Assembly (NCBI GenBank): GCA_963827655.1
Contig: CAWHCF010000051.1
Coordinates: 13,322-77,321, forward strand
Reading direction: 5' to 3'
Source: an uncultured Acidobacteriota bacterium
GTDB taxonomy: Bacteria; Acidobacteriota; UBA6911
Length of the DNA: 64,000 nucleotides
Below, one piece after another: positions 11,616 to 21,887 of this stretch (the stretch's first letter is position 1; every line of letters begins with the position of its first letter). The notes under the pieces are model-generated. The model was not told the DNA's origin, searched no databases, and saw only the letters and a list, made by a program, of their open reading frames with translations. The translations under genes and the position numbers were made by a program.

Positions 11616-14600
11616 TCAAAATTCCAGCTTGAGGGCCGCCTGCATGACGCGCGCCGGGGCGGTCCCGCTGATCTGACCCGCCACCGGATTTCCGATCACG
11701 GCATTCGGAACATCGAAATTCGCCCGATTGAAGGCGTTGAACATCTCCCAACGAAAGCTGAGGCGATAGCGCTCGCCGATCGGGAAGTTCCGGTGGATAC
11801 CAAGGTCGACGTTATAGTAGCCCGGGCCTTCCAGGATTCCGCGCCCGGTGTTGCCGAAAGTGAACTGCGCGGGCGTGACAAAAGCTCCCAGGTCGAACCA
11901 GCGATCGATCGTCCGCTGGTCGCTCGGCAGGTTGCCGTCCAGCACCCGGTTTGGGCGCTCGCCGCCGCCTCCGGCGGAGTTCGAAACCGTGGCCGCCAGG
12001 GCCGGCGTAAAGCGCTGGCCGGTTGAAAAGCTCCAGATTCCCGAGAGATTCCAGTTTCCGACGATGTGCCCGAGCGCGCCGCTCCGCGCGTAGCGCCGCC
12101 CAATGCCGAAGGGCAGCTCATAGACATGATTGAGCACGCCCACGTGGGCCCGGTCGTCGGGCATTGCTCCCCATTCGCACCGGTAGCATTGGGCGTCCTG
12201 TGGCGGCCCATTGCCTCCGCCATTGATGTTCCCGGAGTTTGACATGTACTTCGACCACGTGTAAGAGAGCGCCAGCGCCAGACCCTGGGCATAGCGGCGC
12301 TCAACCCGGGTCTGGAGCGAATGGTACTTCGACGCGCCGTAGTTGGTGCGGTATGTGATGTTGGTGACATTCGGGTTGATCGGAAAGAAAGGCCGGCGCG
12401 GCCCTTGCGCTCCGGGTCCGGGCGACGACTGGTTGATGTTAACGTTTGAGATCAACCCGTACGTCCGGGACCCGACGTAGGAAACGTCGAGCAGCAAGTT
12501 GGGCAGAATCTCGCGCTGGATTCCAAGGCTCCACTGCATGGCTCGCGTCGCCTGGAGGTGGAAGTCCCAGGCGTTCGGATTTCCGCCCGAAAGCTGCACG
12601 GGGTCGTTGATGTCAGGGCGGACCGGCGCCGGCATACCGTCGCTGATGCGCAGCGGCGGCACCCCGTTCTGGTCGGTGCTGATGACCTGGAGAAATGAAA
12701 AGGGAAGGTTCTTGTACAGCTGACCGCCTCCCTGGCCCGCCTCGACGTACGAGACGCCGAAGCCGCTGCGCAGGACCGTCTTCTGATCTGATGTGAGCTG
12801 GTAGGCAATGCCCATGCGGGGCGCAAGGTTGTTGGTGTCGAAGTCGCGCAGGCGGCGGCCGCTGTCCCCGCCCGCCAGGACCAGGCGGCCCGTGGCAACA
12901 TCGAAGTTCGACCAGTAGTCCTTGACCTCATAGGGCGGAGCGAACAGCTCGTAGCGCAATCCGAAGTTCCAGGTCAGCCGGTTGGTAACCCGCCAGGAAT
13001 CGTCGGCGAAACCGGACAGGTTCCAGAAACGCATCCCGAAAATTCCTTCCAGGATATTGCGATTGACTCCGTTCGGCACTCCGAGGGCGAAGTCCGCCAA
13101 AACGGTTTGAGCCGTGGTCGAGCCGATCTGGCGCGAGAACTGGCCGTTGAAGGTGTAGGCGCCGCGCGTGGGAAAGGCGGAGAAGCCGTTAAAAAGGTGG
13201 CGAACGTACATGCCGCCAAACTTCAGGGTATGGGAGCCACGAACCAACGTCATGATGTTCTCGAAATGCGCGCTCGTGGTCTGGCTTGACTCGGGGAAGG
13301 TGGAGTTATCGCCGATGACCTGAAAACCAGTGATGGAAAACGCGGGCAGGCCGCCCGACTTGTCGTTGATGTTGATCCCGGGGATCCCGAGAGCATCGGC
13401 CGTGGCGAAGGGATTTCCCAGCGGATCGATGAACTGGTTCCAGCGCACGACCCCCAGGCGGCTCTCGTTCACCGTGGCGGCGCCGAGCACCTTGGTGAAG
13501 TTGAGCGTGGCCGATTGGTTCTTCAGAGGCACAGTGGTTCCCGACTCCGGGCCGGTTGCCGAGAGAAAGGGACCGATCGGAACTCCGCCGGCGTTGTCAA
13601 CAGGAAGCGCCCCCGGCACCGTCAGGTCCGTGTCATCGAAGCTGTACTTGAAGAAGAGCCGATCGGAGCTTCCGACGTTCTGATCGATCCTGACATCGAA
13701 CTGGTCTGTGCGCTGCGAAAGCGTCGGATTGAAAACGAAGTTTCGCGTCGCCGCCGGCGAGGTTGGGGCCGGCAGCAAGGCCATCAGCTTGAGGGCGGCC
13801 GGATCCAGACGCGCAAGCGGGATGCGGTTTCCGGGGAAGGGCTCGCGGGCCGTCGTACTCCCCGGGACCAGGCTGTAAGGATCGTAGATGGGGACGCCGA
13901 GCCCGGCGAAATCGCCGGTTGCGACCATCTGGCGCTGGGCCAGTGTCGGTATGGTGGAAGTGACCGTCCGCGGCTGCCGGATCCGGATTCCCTGGTAGTC
14001 GGCAAAGAAGAAGGTACGGCCGCGAGCGAGCGGTCCGCCCACTGTGCCGCCAAACTCGTTGCGGCGGAAGGCTGGCCGCGGCAGCCCGGCGCGGTTATTG
14101 AAAAACGTGTTGGCGTCAAGTTTGTCGTTGCGCAGAAACTCGTACAGGCCGCCGTGAAACTCGTTTGTTCCCGAGCGCGACTGTACCACCGTGACGGCGC
14201 CGGCGGCGGTCCCGTATTCGGCCGAGTAGTTGCTGGTCAGAACGCGAATCTCCTGGATGGAGTCGACGGTAGGGACCATTATCAAGGTGTTGAGCCAGAG
14301 GTTTCGGTTCCCGATCCCGTCAATCAGGTAGCTGTTATTCTGGGCGCTGGAGCCGTTGACACTGATGTTTGTGCTCCCCCTCATCGCGTAGGGAGAGGTT
14401 TCGAGATTGCCGCTGGATCCGGTGTGCGCGCCAGGCGCAAGCAGCATCAGCGAGGTGAAGGTGCGGCCGTTGAGAGGCATGTTCGTCATTTCCTGGTTGG
14501 TGACGAGGTTCGAGACGGCAGCGGTCTGCGACTGAAGCAGGGGGGCGGTCGCCACCACTTCCAGCGTCTCGGAGACCTGGCCGACCCGCAGCTCGAGGTT

Positions 14601-14921
14601 CACCGTGAGGGTGTCGGCCGCGGTGAGCTCGAAACCCGAACGGACCAGCTTCTGAAATCCGGGCATCTCCACCGTGATCGTGTACGCGCCGGTAGGGATT
14701 GAGTAGGCGACGTACTGCCCGCTCGAATTGGCTTCGACCCTGCGGCTGAACGCCGTGGCGTCGTTGGTCAAAACCACGACGGCGCCGGGAATAACCGCCC
14801 CTCCCTGGTCGCTGACGGTGCCCACGATCGTTCCGCTCAAGGCCTGAGCAAAGGAGAAGGCCGCCAACAACACGACAAATGCGCCCGGAAGGACGCCTCG
14901 CAGCAACAGAAGCTTCGACAT
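11616..14921 (-). CDS. TonB-dependent receptor, Oar-like, with carboxypeptidase-regulatory-like N-terminal domain
   Basis: GTIVGTVSDQGGAVIPGA, EFLRNDKLDA, NEFGGTVGGP, ending EMFNAFNRANF...ARVMQAALKLEF; start MSKLLL after AGGAG. Confidence 0.95.
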   Translation of the reverse strand: MSKLLLLRGVLPGAFVVLLAAFSFAQALSGTIVGTVSDQGGAVIPGAVVVLTNDATAFSRRVEANSSGQYVAYSIPTGAYTITVEMPGFQKLVRSGFELTAADTLTVNLELRVGQVSETLEVVATAPLLQSQTAAVSNLVTNQEMTNMPLNGRTFTSLMLLAPGAHTGSSGNLETSPYAMRGSTNISVNGSSAQNNSYLIDGIGNRNLWLNTLIMVPTVDSIQEIRVLTSNYSAEYGTAAGAVTVVQSRSGTNEFHGGLYEFLRNDKLDANTFFNNRAGLPRPAFRRNEFGGTVGGPLARGRTFFFADYQGIRIRQPRTVTSTIPTLAQRQMVATGDFAGLGVPIYDPYSLVPGSTTAREPFPGNRIPLARLDPAALKLMALLPAPTSPAATRNFVFNPTLSQRTDQFDVRIDQNVGSSDRLFFKYSFDDTDLTVPGALPVDNAGGVPIGPFLSATGPESGTTVPLKNQSATLNFTKVLGAATVNESRLGVVRWNQFIDPLGNPFATADALGIPGININDKSGGLPAFSITGFQVIGDNSTFPESSQTTSAHFENIMTLVRGSHTLKFGGMYVRHLFNGFSAFPTRGAYTFNGQFSRQIGSTTAQTVLADFALGVPNGVNRNILEGIFGMRFWNLSGFADDSWRVTNRLTWNFGLRYELFAPPYEVKDYWSNFDVATGRLVLAGGDSGRRLRDFDTNNLAPRMGIAYQLTSDQKTVLRSGFGVSYVEAGQGGGQLYKNLPFSFLQVISTDQNGVPPLRISDGMPAPVRPDINDPVQLSGGNPNAWDFHLQATRAMQWSLGIQREILPNLLLDVSYVGSRTYGLISNVNINQSSPGPGAQGPRRPFFPINPNVTNITYRTNYGASKYHSLQTRVERRYAQGLALALSYTWSKYMSNSGNINGGGNGPPQDAQCYRCEWGAMPDDRAHVGVLNHVYELPFGIGRRYARSGALGHIVGNWNLSGIWSFSTGQRFTPALAATVSNSAGGGGERPNRVLDGNLPSDQRTIDRWFDLGAFVTPAQFTFGNTGRGILEGPGYYNVDLGIHRNFPIGERYRLSFRWEMFNAFNRANFDVPNAVIGNPVAGQISGTAPARVMQAALKLEF

Positions 14922-14968
14922 GATTTTCTCTCCTTTATTGCGCTGGTGCTTAACCGATTTTTGGAGAA

Positions 14969-15123
14969 CCGTCCCCGTTCCCGTTCCCCGTTCCCGTTCC
15001 CGGTCAATCAAGTATAGCTGCGGATTCAGTCGCTAACCCACTGGGCCTGAGATATCGGGGTCGTAAACGGCATTACTATAGGATACCGCCGGAAAAACGG
15101 GAACGGAAACGGGAACGTGTACG
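14969..15123. repeat. CCCGTT/AACGGG hexamer-array inverted repeat in a divergent promoter region
   Basis: CCGTCCCCGTTCCCGTTCCCCGTTCCCGTTCCCGG ... CCGGAAAAACGGGAACGGAAACGGGAACG. Confidence 0.8.
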
Positions 15124-15194
15124 AGGAGGAAATCCCCAGTTTGTAAAGCACCCTTCTTTGCCTCTTGCCATCTTCGTGGTAAGTTGTCCTTCCT

Positions 15195-15737
15195 ATGTCG
15201 ATTCTTCGATTCCTGGGGTTGGACCCGGCGAGGTCCGCGCCCTCACAGAGTTCGGCTGAAACTGAGACGGTGCGCAAGATCGTGGGCGCGCTGGATAAGC
15301 TTGAACCTGAACGGGCGAAGTTCATCGCGTCGTTTGCCTACATCCTGAGCCGCGCCGCACGCGCCGATCTTCATATCAGTCCCGAAGAGACCCATGCGAT
15401 GGAGCAGATCGTCATGGAAAAGGGGGGACTGCCGGAGGAGCAGGCTGTTATCGTGGTTCAGATGGCCAAGACTCAGAGCATTCTTTTTGGCGCGACCGAG
15501 AACTATCTGGTCACACGCGAATTCAACAACATCGCAACACGAGAAGAGAAGATGGCGCTGCTTCACTGTCTGTTTGCGGTCTCCTCGGCAGACCAATCGG
15601 TCAGCACCGTCGAAGACAGCGAGATCCGGCAGATAGCCAGCGAGCTGAAAATCGAGCACCCAGACTTCATCACGGTACGGACTTCTTACCGGGAACACCT
15701 GGCGGTCTTGAAAAAGCCTCCGGTTACAGAACGCTGA
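15195..15737 (+). CDS. TerB family (tellurite-resistance-like) protein
   Basis: Two TerB-like repeats: AARADLHISPEE and LFAVSSADQSVSTVEDSEIRQIASEL. Confidence 0.8.
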   Translation: MSILRFLGLDPARSAPSQSSAETETVRKIVGALDKLEPERAKFIASFAYILSRAARADLHISPEETHAMEQIVMEKGGLPEEQAVIVVQMAKTQSILFGATENYLVTREFNNIATREEKMALLHCLFAVSSADQSVSTVEDSEIRQIASELKIEHPDFITVRTSYREHLAVLKKPPVTER

Positions 15738-15799
15738 AGCCGGCCTTTCCTTGCGTCGACCATCGAGTTCACGACGCCAAGACGCAATCAGGAGCTGCC

Positions 15800-17164
15800 A
15801 TGAAGCGATACAGTGCACCGAGAGCGTTGTTGTTTTTCGGGTTGCTTTTCGCCCTGGCCTCACCTCCCCGGCTGGGTGCTCTTCTCGCGCAGGCGAGCCA
15901 GGGACTGCCATCGGGCAAGCCCGAGGAGGTGGGGATGTCGTCGGATCGCCTGGCGCGAATCCGGGTCGCGATGCAGCGTTACGTCGATCGCAAGGACGTT
16001 CCCGGTGTCGTCACGCTGGTTGCCCGTCACGGCCGCGTGGTCCATTTCGAAGCCCTTGGCTACCGGGATGTCGAGGGCAAATCACCGATGACCGGCGACG
16101 CGATTTTTCGCATTGCCTCTATGACCAAGCCGATCACTTCGGTGGCCGCAATGATGCTTTTCGAGGAGGGACATTTTCTCCTTTCCGATCCGATTTCCAA
16201 ATGGCTGCCGGAGTTCTCCCAGATGAGGGTAGCTCAGCTCCCGTCTCCCGGGGAGCGAGTCGGCGCGCCCTACAAGCTGGTACCGGCGGCGCGGCCGATT
16301 ACCATTCGCAATCTGCTGACTCATACGGCCGGCCTCCCCAATGCCTATCGCGGATTAACCCAGGCTGAATATCTCAAAGCCTCGCCGCGGCAAAATCCGG
16401 CTGAAACGGTCGCCGACGTCATCCGGCGCGTTGCGAAGCTGCCCCTGAACTTTCACCCGGGAGATGCCTGGGAATACGGCCCGGCAACCGACGTGGTCGG
16501 CCGGCTGGTGGAGGTAGTCTCGGGAAAGACCCTGGATGAATTCTTTCGCGAGCGGATTTTCAAGCCGTTGAAGATGGTCGATACCCACTTTTACCTGCCC
16601 AAGTCGAAGTTAGGGCGCTTCTGCGCCCAGTACGAACCCGACGAGAACAAGAAAATCAAGCTGGCCGACGCGCCCAACACAGAGAGCCGATTTGTGAAAG
16701 AACCCCATGTCTACCATGCCGGAGCCGGGGGTTTAGTCTCCACCGCGACGGACTATCTTCGTTTTCACCAGATGATGCTGAACGGTGGGGAACTGGATGG
16801 TGTGCGCCTTCTCGGACGCAAGACGGTTGAATTGATGACCTCCAACCACATCGGTGATCTTCCGATCTGGCTCACCGGACCCGGTTTTGGATTCGGCCTC
16901 GGGTATTCGGTTGTCACCGACGTGGGAAAAACCGGTCAGCCGGGATCGGTCGGGAACTACGGCTGGGGAGGCGCGTTTTGCACGTATTTTTCCGTGGACC
17001 CTTCCGAGGGAATGATCGCGATTCTCATGACGCAGGTGCGTCCTTACGACCACCTCAATATTCGCCAGGAATTCCTGGTTCTGGCCAACCAGGCGATCGT
17101 CGACCCGGGCAATCGAAAGACCGCGCCGGCCTCTTACGGTCCTGTTTCTGCGAACAATCGCTGA
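15800..17164 (+). CDS. Serine hydrolase, beta-lactamase class C/esterase family, secreted
   Basis: FRIASMTK (SxxK), LLTHTAG, WEYG, WGGA; signal peptide. Confidence 0.93.
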   Translation: MKRYSAPRALLFFGLLFALASPPRLGALLAQASQGLPSGKPEEVGMSSDRLARIRVAMQRYVDRKDVPGVVTLVARHGRVVHFEALGYRDVEGKSPMTGDAIFRIASMTKPITSVAAMMLFEEGHFLLSDPISKWLPEFSQMRVAQLPSPGERVGAPYKLVPAARPITIRNLLTHTAGLPNAYRGLTQAEYLKASPRQNPAETVADVIRRVAKLPLNFHPGDAWEYGPATDVVGRLVEVVSGKTLDEFFRERIFKPLKMVDTHFYLPKSKLGRFCAQYEPDENKKIKLADAPNTESRFVKEPHVYHAGAGGLVSTATDYLRFHQMMLNGGELDGVRLLGRKTVELMTSNHIGDLPIWLTGPGFGFGLGYSVVTDVGKTGQPGSVGNYGWGGAFCTYFSVDPSEGMIAILMTQVRPYDHLNIRQEFLVLANQAIVDPGNRKTAPASYGPVSANNR

Positions 17165-17203
17165 CCAAGAAGACGAAGACGCCAAGAAGAAGAGAGGAAA
17201 CGA

Positions 17204-18799
17204 ATGCGCACCTTCAGAAGACTTTGCTCGATTTCGTTACTGGCGCTCCTGGTAAACACCGGCGTGCCCGTCGCCCAGGACAGTCAGGGCAGGCTCGAGG
17301 CCTTGAAGCGCGAGGCCGCGAACCAAGTGGATTCGATGAAGGACTTCACGCAGCAAGTTGTGGACATGATTTTCAGCTTCGGCGAACTTGGCTTTCAGGA
17401 GGTTGAAACCTCCAAGTATTGCATCGACATTCTCAAGAAGAACGGCTTCCAGGTCCAGGAAGGTATTGCGGGAATTCCGACGGCTTGGATGGCGAGCTGG
17501 GGATCCGGGAAACCTGTCATTGCCCTGGGATCGGACATCGACGGAATTCCTCAAGCTTCTCAGAAGCCCGGGGTCTCTTATCGCGATCCGCTGATCGTGG
17601 GGGCGCCGGGGCACGGTGAGGGACACAATTCGGGTCAGGCGGTCAATATTACGGCGGCTCTCGCAATCAAGAAGCTGATGGAGCGGGAGCGCCTCCCCGG
17701 AACGGTTCGTCTCTGGCCTGGAGTTGCCGAAGAGCTGCTCGGCACGAAGGCCTATTTCGTGCGCGAGGGCTGCTTCAAGGACGTGGACGTCGCTATCTTT
17801 TCCCATGTCAGCGATAACTTGAGCGTTTCGTATGGCTCCGAATCGGGTAACGGGTTGGTGTCCGTGGAGTACACGTTTCAAGGAGAGAGCGCCCATTCCG
17901 CGGGGGCTCCATGGCGAGGCCGCAGCGCGCTCGACGCGGTCGAACTCCTGAACATCGCCTGGAACTTCAGGCGCGAACATCTGCGAATCCAGCAGCGTTC
18001 CCACTATGTCATCACCAATGGCGGTGACCAGCCCAACGTCGTGCCGTCGAACGCCGCCGTCTGGTACTACTTTCGCGAGACCGACTACCCGCGCACCAAG
18101 GAGCTGCTCGAAATGGGGAACACGATGGCGCAGGCGGCCGGGATGATGACGGCCACGAAAGTCAACTGGCGCATACTCGGTTCGGCCTGGCCCCAGCATT
18201 TCAACAAGCCGATCGCAGAATCCGCCTACGAGAACATCACCAAAGTGGGCCTGCCGCAATGGAGCGAAGCCGACCAGATTCTGGCCAAGGCAGTCCAGCT
18301 CGAGGTGAAATCGGAGGAAAAGGGACTGAATACTGAACTTGCCAAACTGGAGGAACCGATCAAGGAGGAAAACAAGCGGGGCGGCGGTTCGGACGATATC
18401 GGGGATGTCTCATGGTCGGTGCCTACGGTGACGCTGCGATACCCGTCAAATATCCCGGGGTTACCGGGTCACAACTGGATCAACGCCGTTGCCATGGCGA
18501 CTCCTATCGCTCACAAAGGAGCCACGGCGGGAGCCAAGGTGATGGCCATGACAATGCTCGATATCCTGCTGAAGCCGGCGCTGGTCGAGCAGTCGTGGGA
18601 GTATTTCCGCAAGGTTCAAACTAAAGACACGAAATATACGCCTTTCATTGGTCCCCAGGACCGGCCGGCAATCGAGCTGAACACGAAGGTGATGGAGCGT
18701 TACCGTCCGGAGATGCGCAAGTACTACTTCAACCCCGCCCGGCACAAAACCTACCTCGAGCAATTGGGAATCAGCTATCCCACGGTGAAGAAGCCGTAG
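17204..18799 (+). CDS. M20 family amidohydrolase (AbgB-like aminobenzoyl-glutamate hydrolase), secreted
   Basis: ELGFQE, GHGEGHN, PGVAEE, AHSAGAPWRGRSALDA, GGSDDIGDVSW. Confidence 0.9.
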   Translation: MRTFRRLCSISLLALLVNTGVPVAQDSQGRLEALKREAANQVDSMKDFTQQVVDMIFSFGELGFQEVETSKYCIDILKKNGFQVQEGIAGIPTAWMASWGSGKPVIALGSDIDGIPQASQKPGVSYRDPLIVGAPGHGEGHNSGQAVNITAALAIKKLMERERLPGTVRLWPGVAEELLGTKAYFVREGCFKDVDVAIFSHVSDNLSVSYGSESGNGLVSVEYTFQGESAHSAGAPWRGRSALDAVELLNIAWNFRREHLRIQQRSHYVITNGGDQPNVVPSNAAVWYYFRETDYPRTKELLEMGNTMAQAAGMMTATKVNWRILGSAWPQHFNKPIAESAYENITKVGLPQWSEADQILAKAVQLEVKSEEKGLNTELAKLEEPIKEENKRGGGSDDIGDVSWSVPTVTLRYPSNIPGLPGHNWINAVAMATPIAHKGATAGAKVMAMTMLDILLKPALVEQSWEYFRKVQTKDTKYTPFIGPQDRPAIELNTKVMERYRPEMRKYYFNPARHKTYLEQLGISYPTVKKP

Positions 18800-18858
18800 C
18801 TAGTTTTGTGTTTCTTCGCGTCCTCGCGTCTTAGTGGTTGTTTTTTTCATGTATGAGC

Positions 18859-20802
18859 ATGAAAGACGAGATTATCTGGCGGCCTTCGGAAGAGTATTCG
18901 GCTTCGGCGAACGTTCGCCGTCTTATGGACCGGCACGGCATTAATAGCTATGCCGAACTCCTCGCGCGCTCGGTGGCCGACATTCGCTGGTTTTGGGAAG
19001 CGTGTCTGGACGACCTGGGCGTCCAGTGGTATGCGCCTTATAGCGAAGTCCTCGATGATTCCCGCGGCTTTCCGTGGGGCCGCTGGTTTGTGTCGGGAAA
19101 GATTAACCTGGTTCACAATTGCCTGGATCGTCACCTCGAAACTCGTCCGGACCAGGTTGCAGTTTTGTGGGAGGGGGATGACGGACAAACGCGGACGGTG
19201 ACTTATCGGGATCTGAATTCGGAAGTGTGCCGGATCGCGGCCGGCATGCATGAACTCGGCATCGGCCGGCACGACACGGTCGGTATTTACATGCCGATGG
19301 TTCCGGAAATCGTGGCGGCGTTGTTCGCGGCCTGGAAGATCGGGGCGGTCGCGGTGCCCGTATTCGCGGGGTTTGGTCCGGAGGCGCTCGCGGTGCGGCT
19401 GCGCGATTCGGGCGCGAAGCTCCTTTTCACGGCCGACGGATCGTACCGTCGAGGGAAACATGTTCGCACCAAGGACGCGGCCGACCAGGCTCTGCAGTCG
19501 GTTCCGTCCGTCAAGTCGGTGATTGTACTCCGGCGCACCGGTGAGCCGATCTCCTGGGTCGATGGGCGGGATCTCTGGTGGGACCGCGTGGCCGTCAACT
19601 CGTCGGCCGATGTTCCGACCGAGCAGCTCGACGCCGAAGACCTTTGTCTGGTTCTCTACACCTCAGGAACGACAGGCCGTCCGAAGGGAACGCTTCACAC
19701 GCAGGGCGGTACGTTGGCGAAGGTTGCAAAGGAGCTCGCCTACTTCATGGACGTGAAGACCGGCGATCGATTCTTCTGGCTCACGGATATGGGATGGATG
19801 ATGGGCCCCTGGGAAATCATCGGGACGACATTCCTGGGAGCGTCGGTGCTTCTGTTCGAGGGAGCGCCCAACTGGCCCAACCCGGACCGTGTGTGGGAAA
19901 TGGTGGACCGGCATCGACTCACGCACCTGGGAATTTCTCCGACGGCCATTCGCCTTCTGCGTCGTTCGGGCGATGCCTGGGTGGAACGTCACGACCTGGA
20001 CTCGCTTCGGATTCTGGCGTCGACCGGGGAGCCCTGGGATCTGGAATCTTATCTCTGGTTCTTCCACAAGGTAGGACGCGGACGCCGCCCTATCATCAAT
20101 ATCTCGGGCGGCACCGAGCTTATGGGCTGCCTGCTGGCAGCGCCGCCGATGTCAGAAATGAAGCCTTGCTCGCTCGGCGGACCCGGGTTGGGCATGGATG
20201 TGGACGTCGTTGATGACGAGGGAAGACCGGTCCGCAATACGCTGGGTTATCTGGTGCTCAAACAGCCTGCGCCGTCGATGACCCGCGGCTTCCTTAATGA
20301 TCCGCAGCGATATATCGAGACCTACTTTTCACGCTGGCCCGGCGTCTGGTTCCACGGGGATTGGGCGCTGGTCGACAAGGACGGTTTCTGGTTTATCCAC
20401 GGCCGCGCGGATGACACCATTAAAGTTGCGGGCAAGCGGACGGGACCCGCCGAAGTTGAATCCGCGCTCATTGCGCACGAAGCTGTCTCCGAAGCTGCGG
20501 CCATCGGAATTCCTGACGAACTTAAAGGGGAGACCGTCGCCTGTTTTGCAGTCCTGAAGCCGGGAAACGAGTGGAGCGATAAACTCTCCGAAGACCTCTC
20601 CGACCAGGTGGTGGAACACCTGGGAAAGACCCTTCGACCCAGGTTCATCTATTTTGTCAGCGCTCTTCCCAAGACGCGTTCCGGGAAAATCGTGCGCGGC
20701 GCGATCAGACGAAGGTTTCTGGGCGAAAGCGACGCGGATATTTCGTCGATCGAAAATCCCGAGGCGCTGGAAGCAATCCCACGATTGACGATTGACGATT
20801 GA
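18859..20802 (+). CDS. acs: Acetyl-/acyl-CoA synthetase (AMP-forming)
   Basis: YTSGTTGRPKG, STGEPW, GRADDTIKVAGKR, LPKTRSGKI; the stop codon falls inside the heptamer repeat. Confidence 0.88.
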   Translation: MKDEIIWRPSEEYSASANVRRLMDRHGINSYAELLARSVADIRWFWEACLDDLGVQWYAPYSEVLDDSRGFPWGRWFVSGKINLVHNCLDRHLETRPDQVAVLWEGDDGQTRTVTYRDLNSEVCRIAAGMHELGIGRHDTVGIYMPMVPEIVAALFAAWKIGAVAVPVFAGFGPEALAVRLRDSGAKLLFTADGSYRRGKHVRTKDAADQALQSVPSVKSVIVLRRTGEPISWVDGRDLWWDRVAVNSSADVPTEQLDAEDLCLVLYTSGTTGRPKGTLHTQGGTLAKVAKELAYFMDVKTGDRFFWLTDMGWMMGPWEIIGTTFLGASVLLFEGAPNWPNPDRVWEMVDRHRLTHLGISPTAIRLLRRSGDAWVERHDLDSLRILASTGEPWDLESYLWFFHKVGRGRRPIINISGGTELMGCLLAAPPMSEMKPCSLGGPGLGMDVDVVDDEGRPVRNTLGYLVLKQPAPSMTRGFLNDPQRYIETYFSRWPGVWFHGDWALVDKDGFWFIHGRADDTIKVAGKRTGPAEVESALIAHEAVSEAAAIGIPDELKGETVACFAVLKPGNEWSDKLSEDLSDQVVEHLGKTLRPRFIYFVSALPKTRSGKIVRGAIRRRFLGESDADISSIENPEALEAIPRLTIDD

Positions 20803-20942
20803 CGATTTACGATTGAGGACCACTTCGGGAAAGTTTCCCGGTGAAACCCACAGGGATATTGTGTCGATAGAATATCCCGCGAGGTTTGACGATTGTCGGT
20901 TGTTGGTTGAAATCGTCAATCGTAAATCGTAAATCGTCAATC
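20781..20942. repeat. GACGATT/AATCGTC heptamer-array hairpin (site B)
   Basis: ACGATTGACGATTGACGATTGACGATTTACGATTG ... AATCGTCAATCGTAAATCGTAAATCGTCAATC; ~95-nt loop. Confidence 0.93.
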
Positions 20943-20998
20943 GGCTCGGCTTGCTGTGATAGAATAGACACCAGTTAACGTCCCCCCGGAGGGTGATC

Positions 20999-21873
20999 AT
21001 GAAACGACGCGATTTCCTGAAGTGCGGCGCCCTCGCAGGCGGCGCGGCTACCGTCAGCCTGCACAACTTCCCGTACCATTTATTTGCCGCAGAGAAGAAA
21101 AAATACGCTCAGGACATCATCACCCTTGGAAGAACCGGCATCCGCCTCTCGCGGCTTGCCCAGGGGACCGGCACGGTCGGCTCCAAGAAGAGCTCGAACC
21201 AGACCCGAAAACTGGGCCTGGAAGGCCTGGCCGATCTTTTTCGCGCCGGGGTCGACCAGGGGCTATCTTTCTGGGACACCGCTGACGGCTACGGAAGCCA
21301 TCCGCATATCAAAGAAGCGTTGAGAACCGTCAAGCGCGAAAAGGTAGTCATCATGACCAAAACCCGGGCCAGCACCGAAGCCGAGATGCGCGCCGATCTC
21401 GAGCGCTTCCGTCAGGAACTGGGCACCGATTATATCGACATCTTGCTGCTTCACTGTATGCTCGATGCCGATTGGCCGCAGAAGAAAACCGGAGCCATGG
21501 CCGTGCTGAGCGAAGCCAAAGAAAAGGGGATCATCGAGCCCACGGCGTCTCATGCCACACCCTGGGCGCTTTGAAAACGGCAGCGGCGACCGATTGGGTG
21601 GAGATCGACCTGGCCAGGCTGAATCCGATCGGCTCGCACATGGATGCAGATCCGGCGACAGTGGTCCCGGTATTGCATGAAATGAAATCGAAAGGGAAGG
21701 GCGTTATCGGAATGAAAATCCTGGGCGAGGGGGATCTCCGGCATGAGGTGGATAAAGCTCTGCAATATGCCCTGGCGCAGGACGTCCTGGATTGCTTCAC
21801 GATAGGCGCCGAAAATCAAGGCGAACTGGCAGGTTTGCTCAGCAAGATCCCCGCTGCCAGCGTTCGAGCCTAA
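20999..21873 (+). CDS. Aldo/keto reductase with Tat signal (frameshift near 21535)
   Basis: MKRRDFLK, LGRTGIRLSRL..GT, FWDTADGYG, LGTDYIDILLLH, GVSCH, GMKILG. Confidence 0.9.
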
Positions 21874-21887
21874 CCGGAGGTGAAACC

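Noticed and set aside
15195-15737. ter-type stress/defence operon
   Set aside because: A single TerB-like gene with no terC/terD/terZ neighbours.
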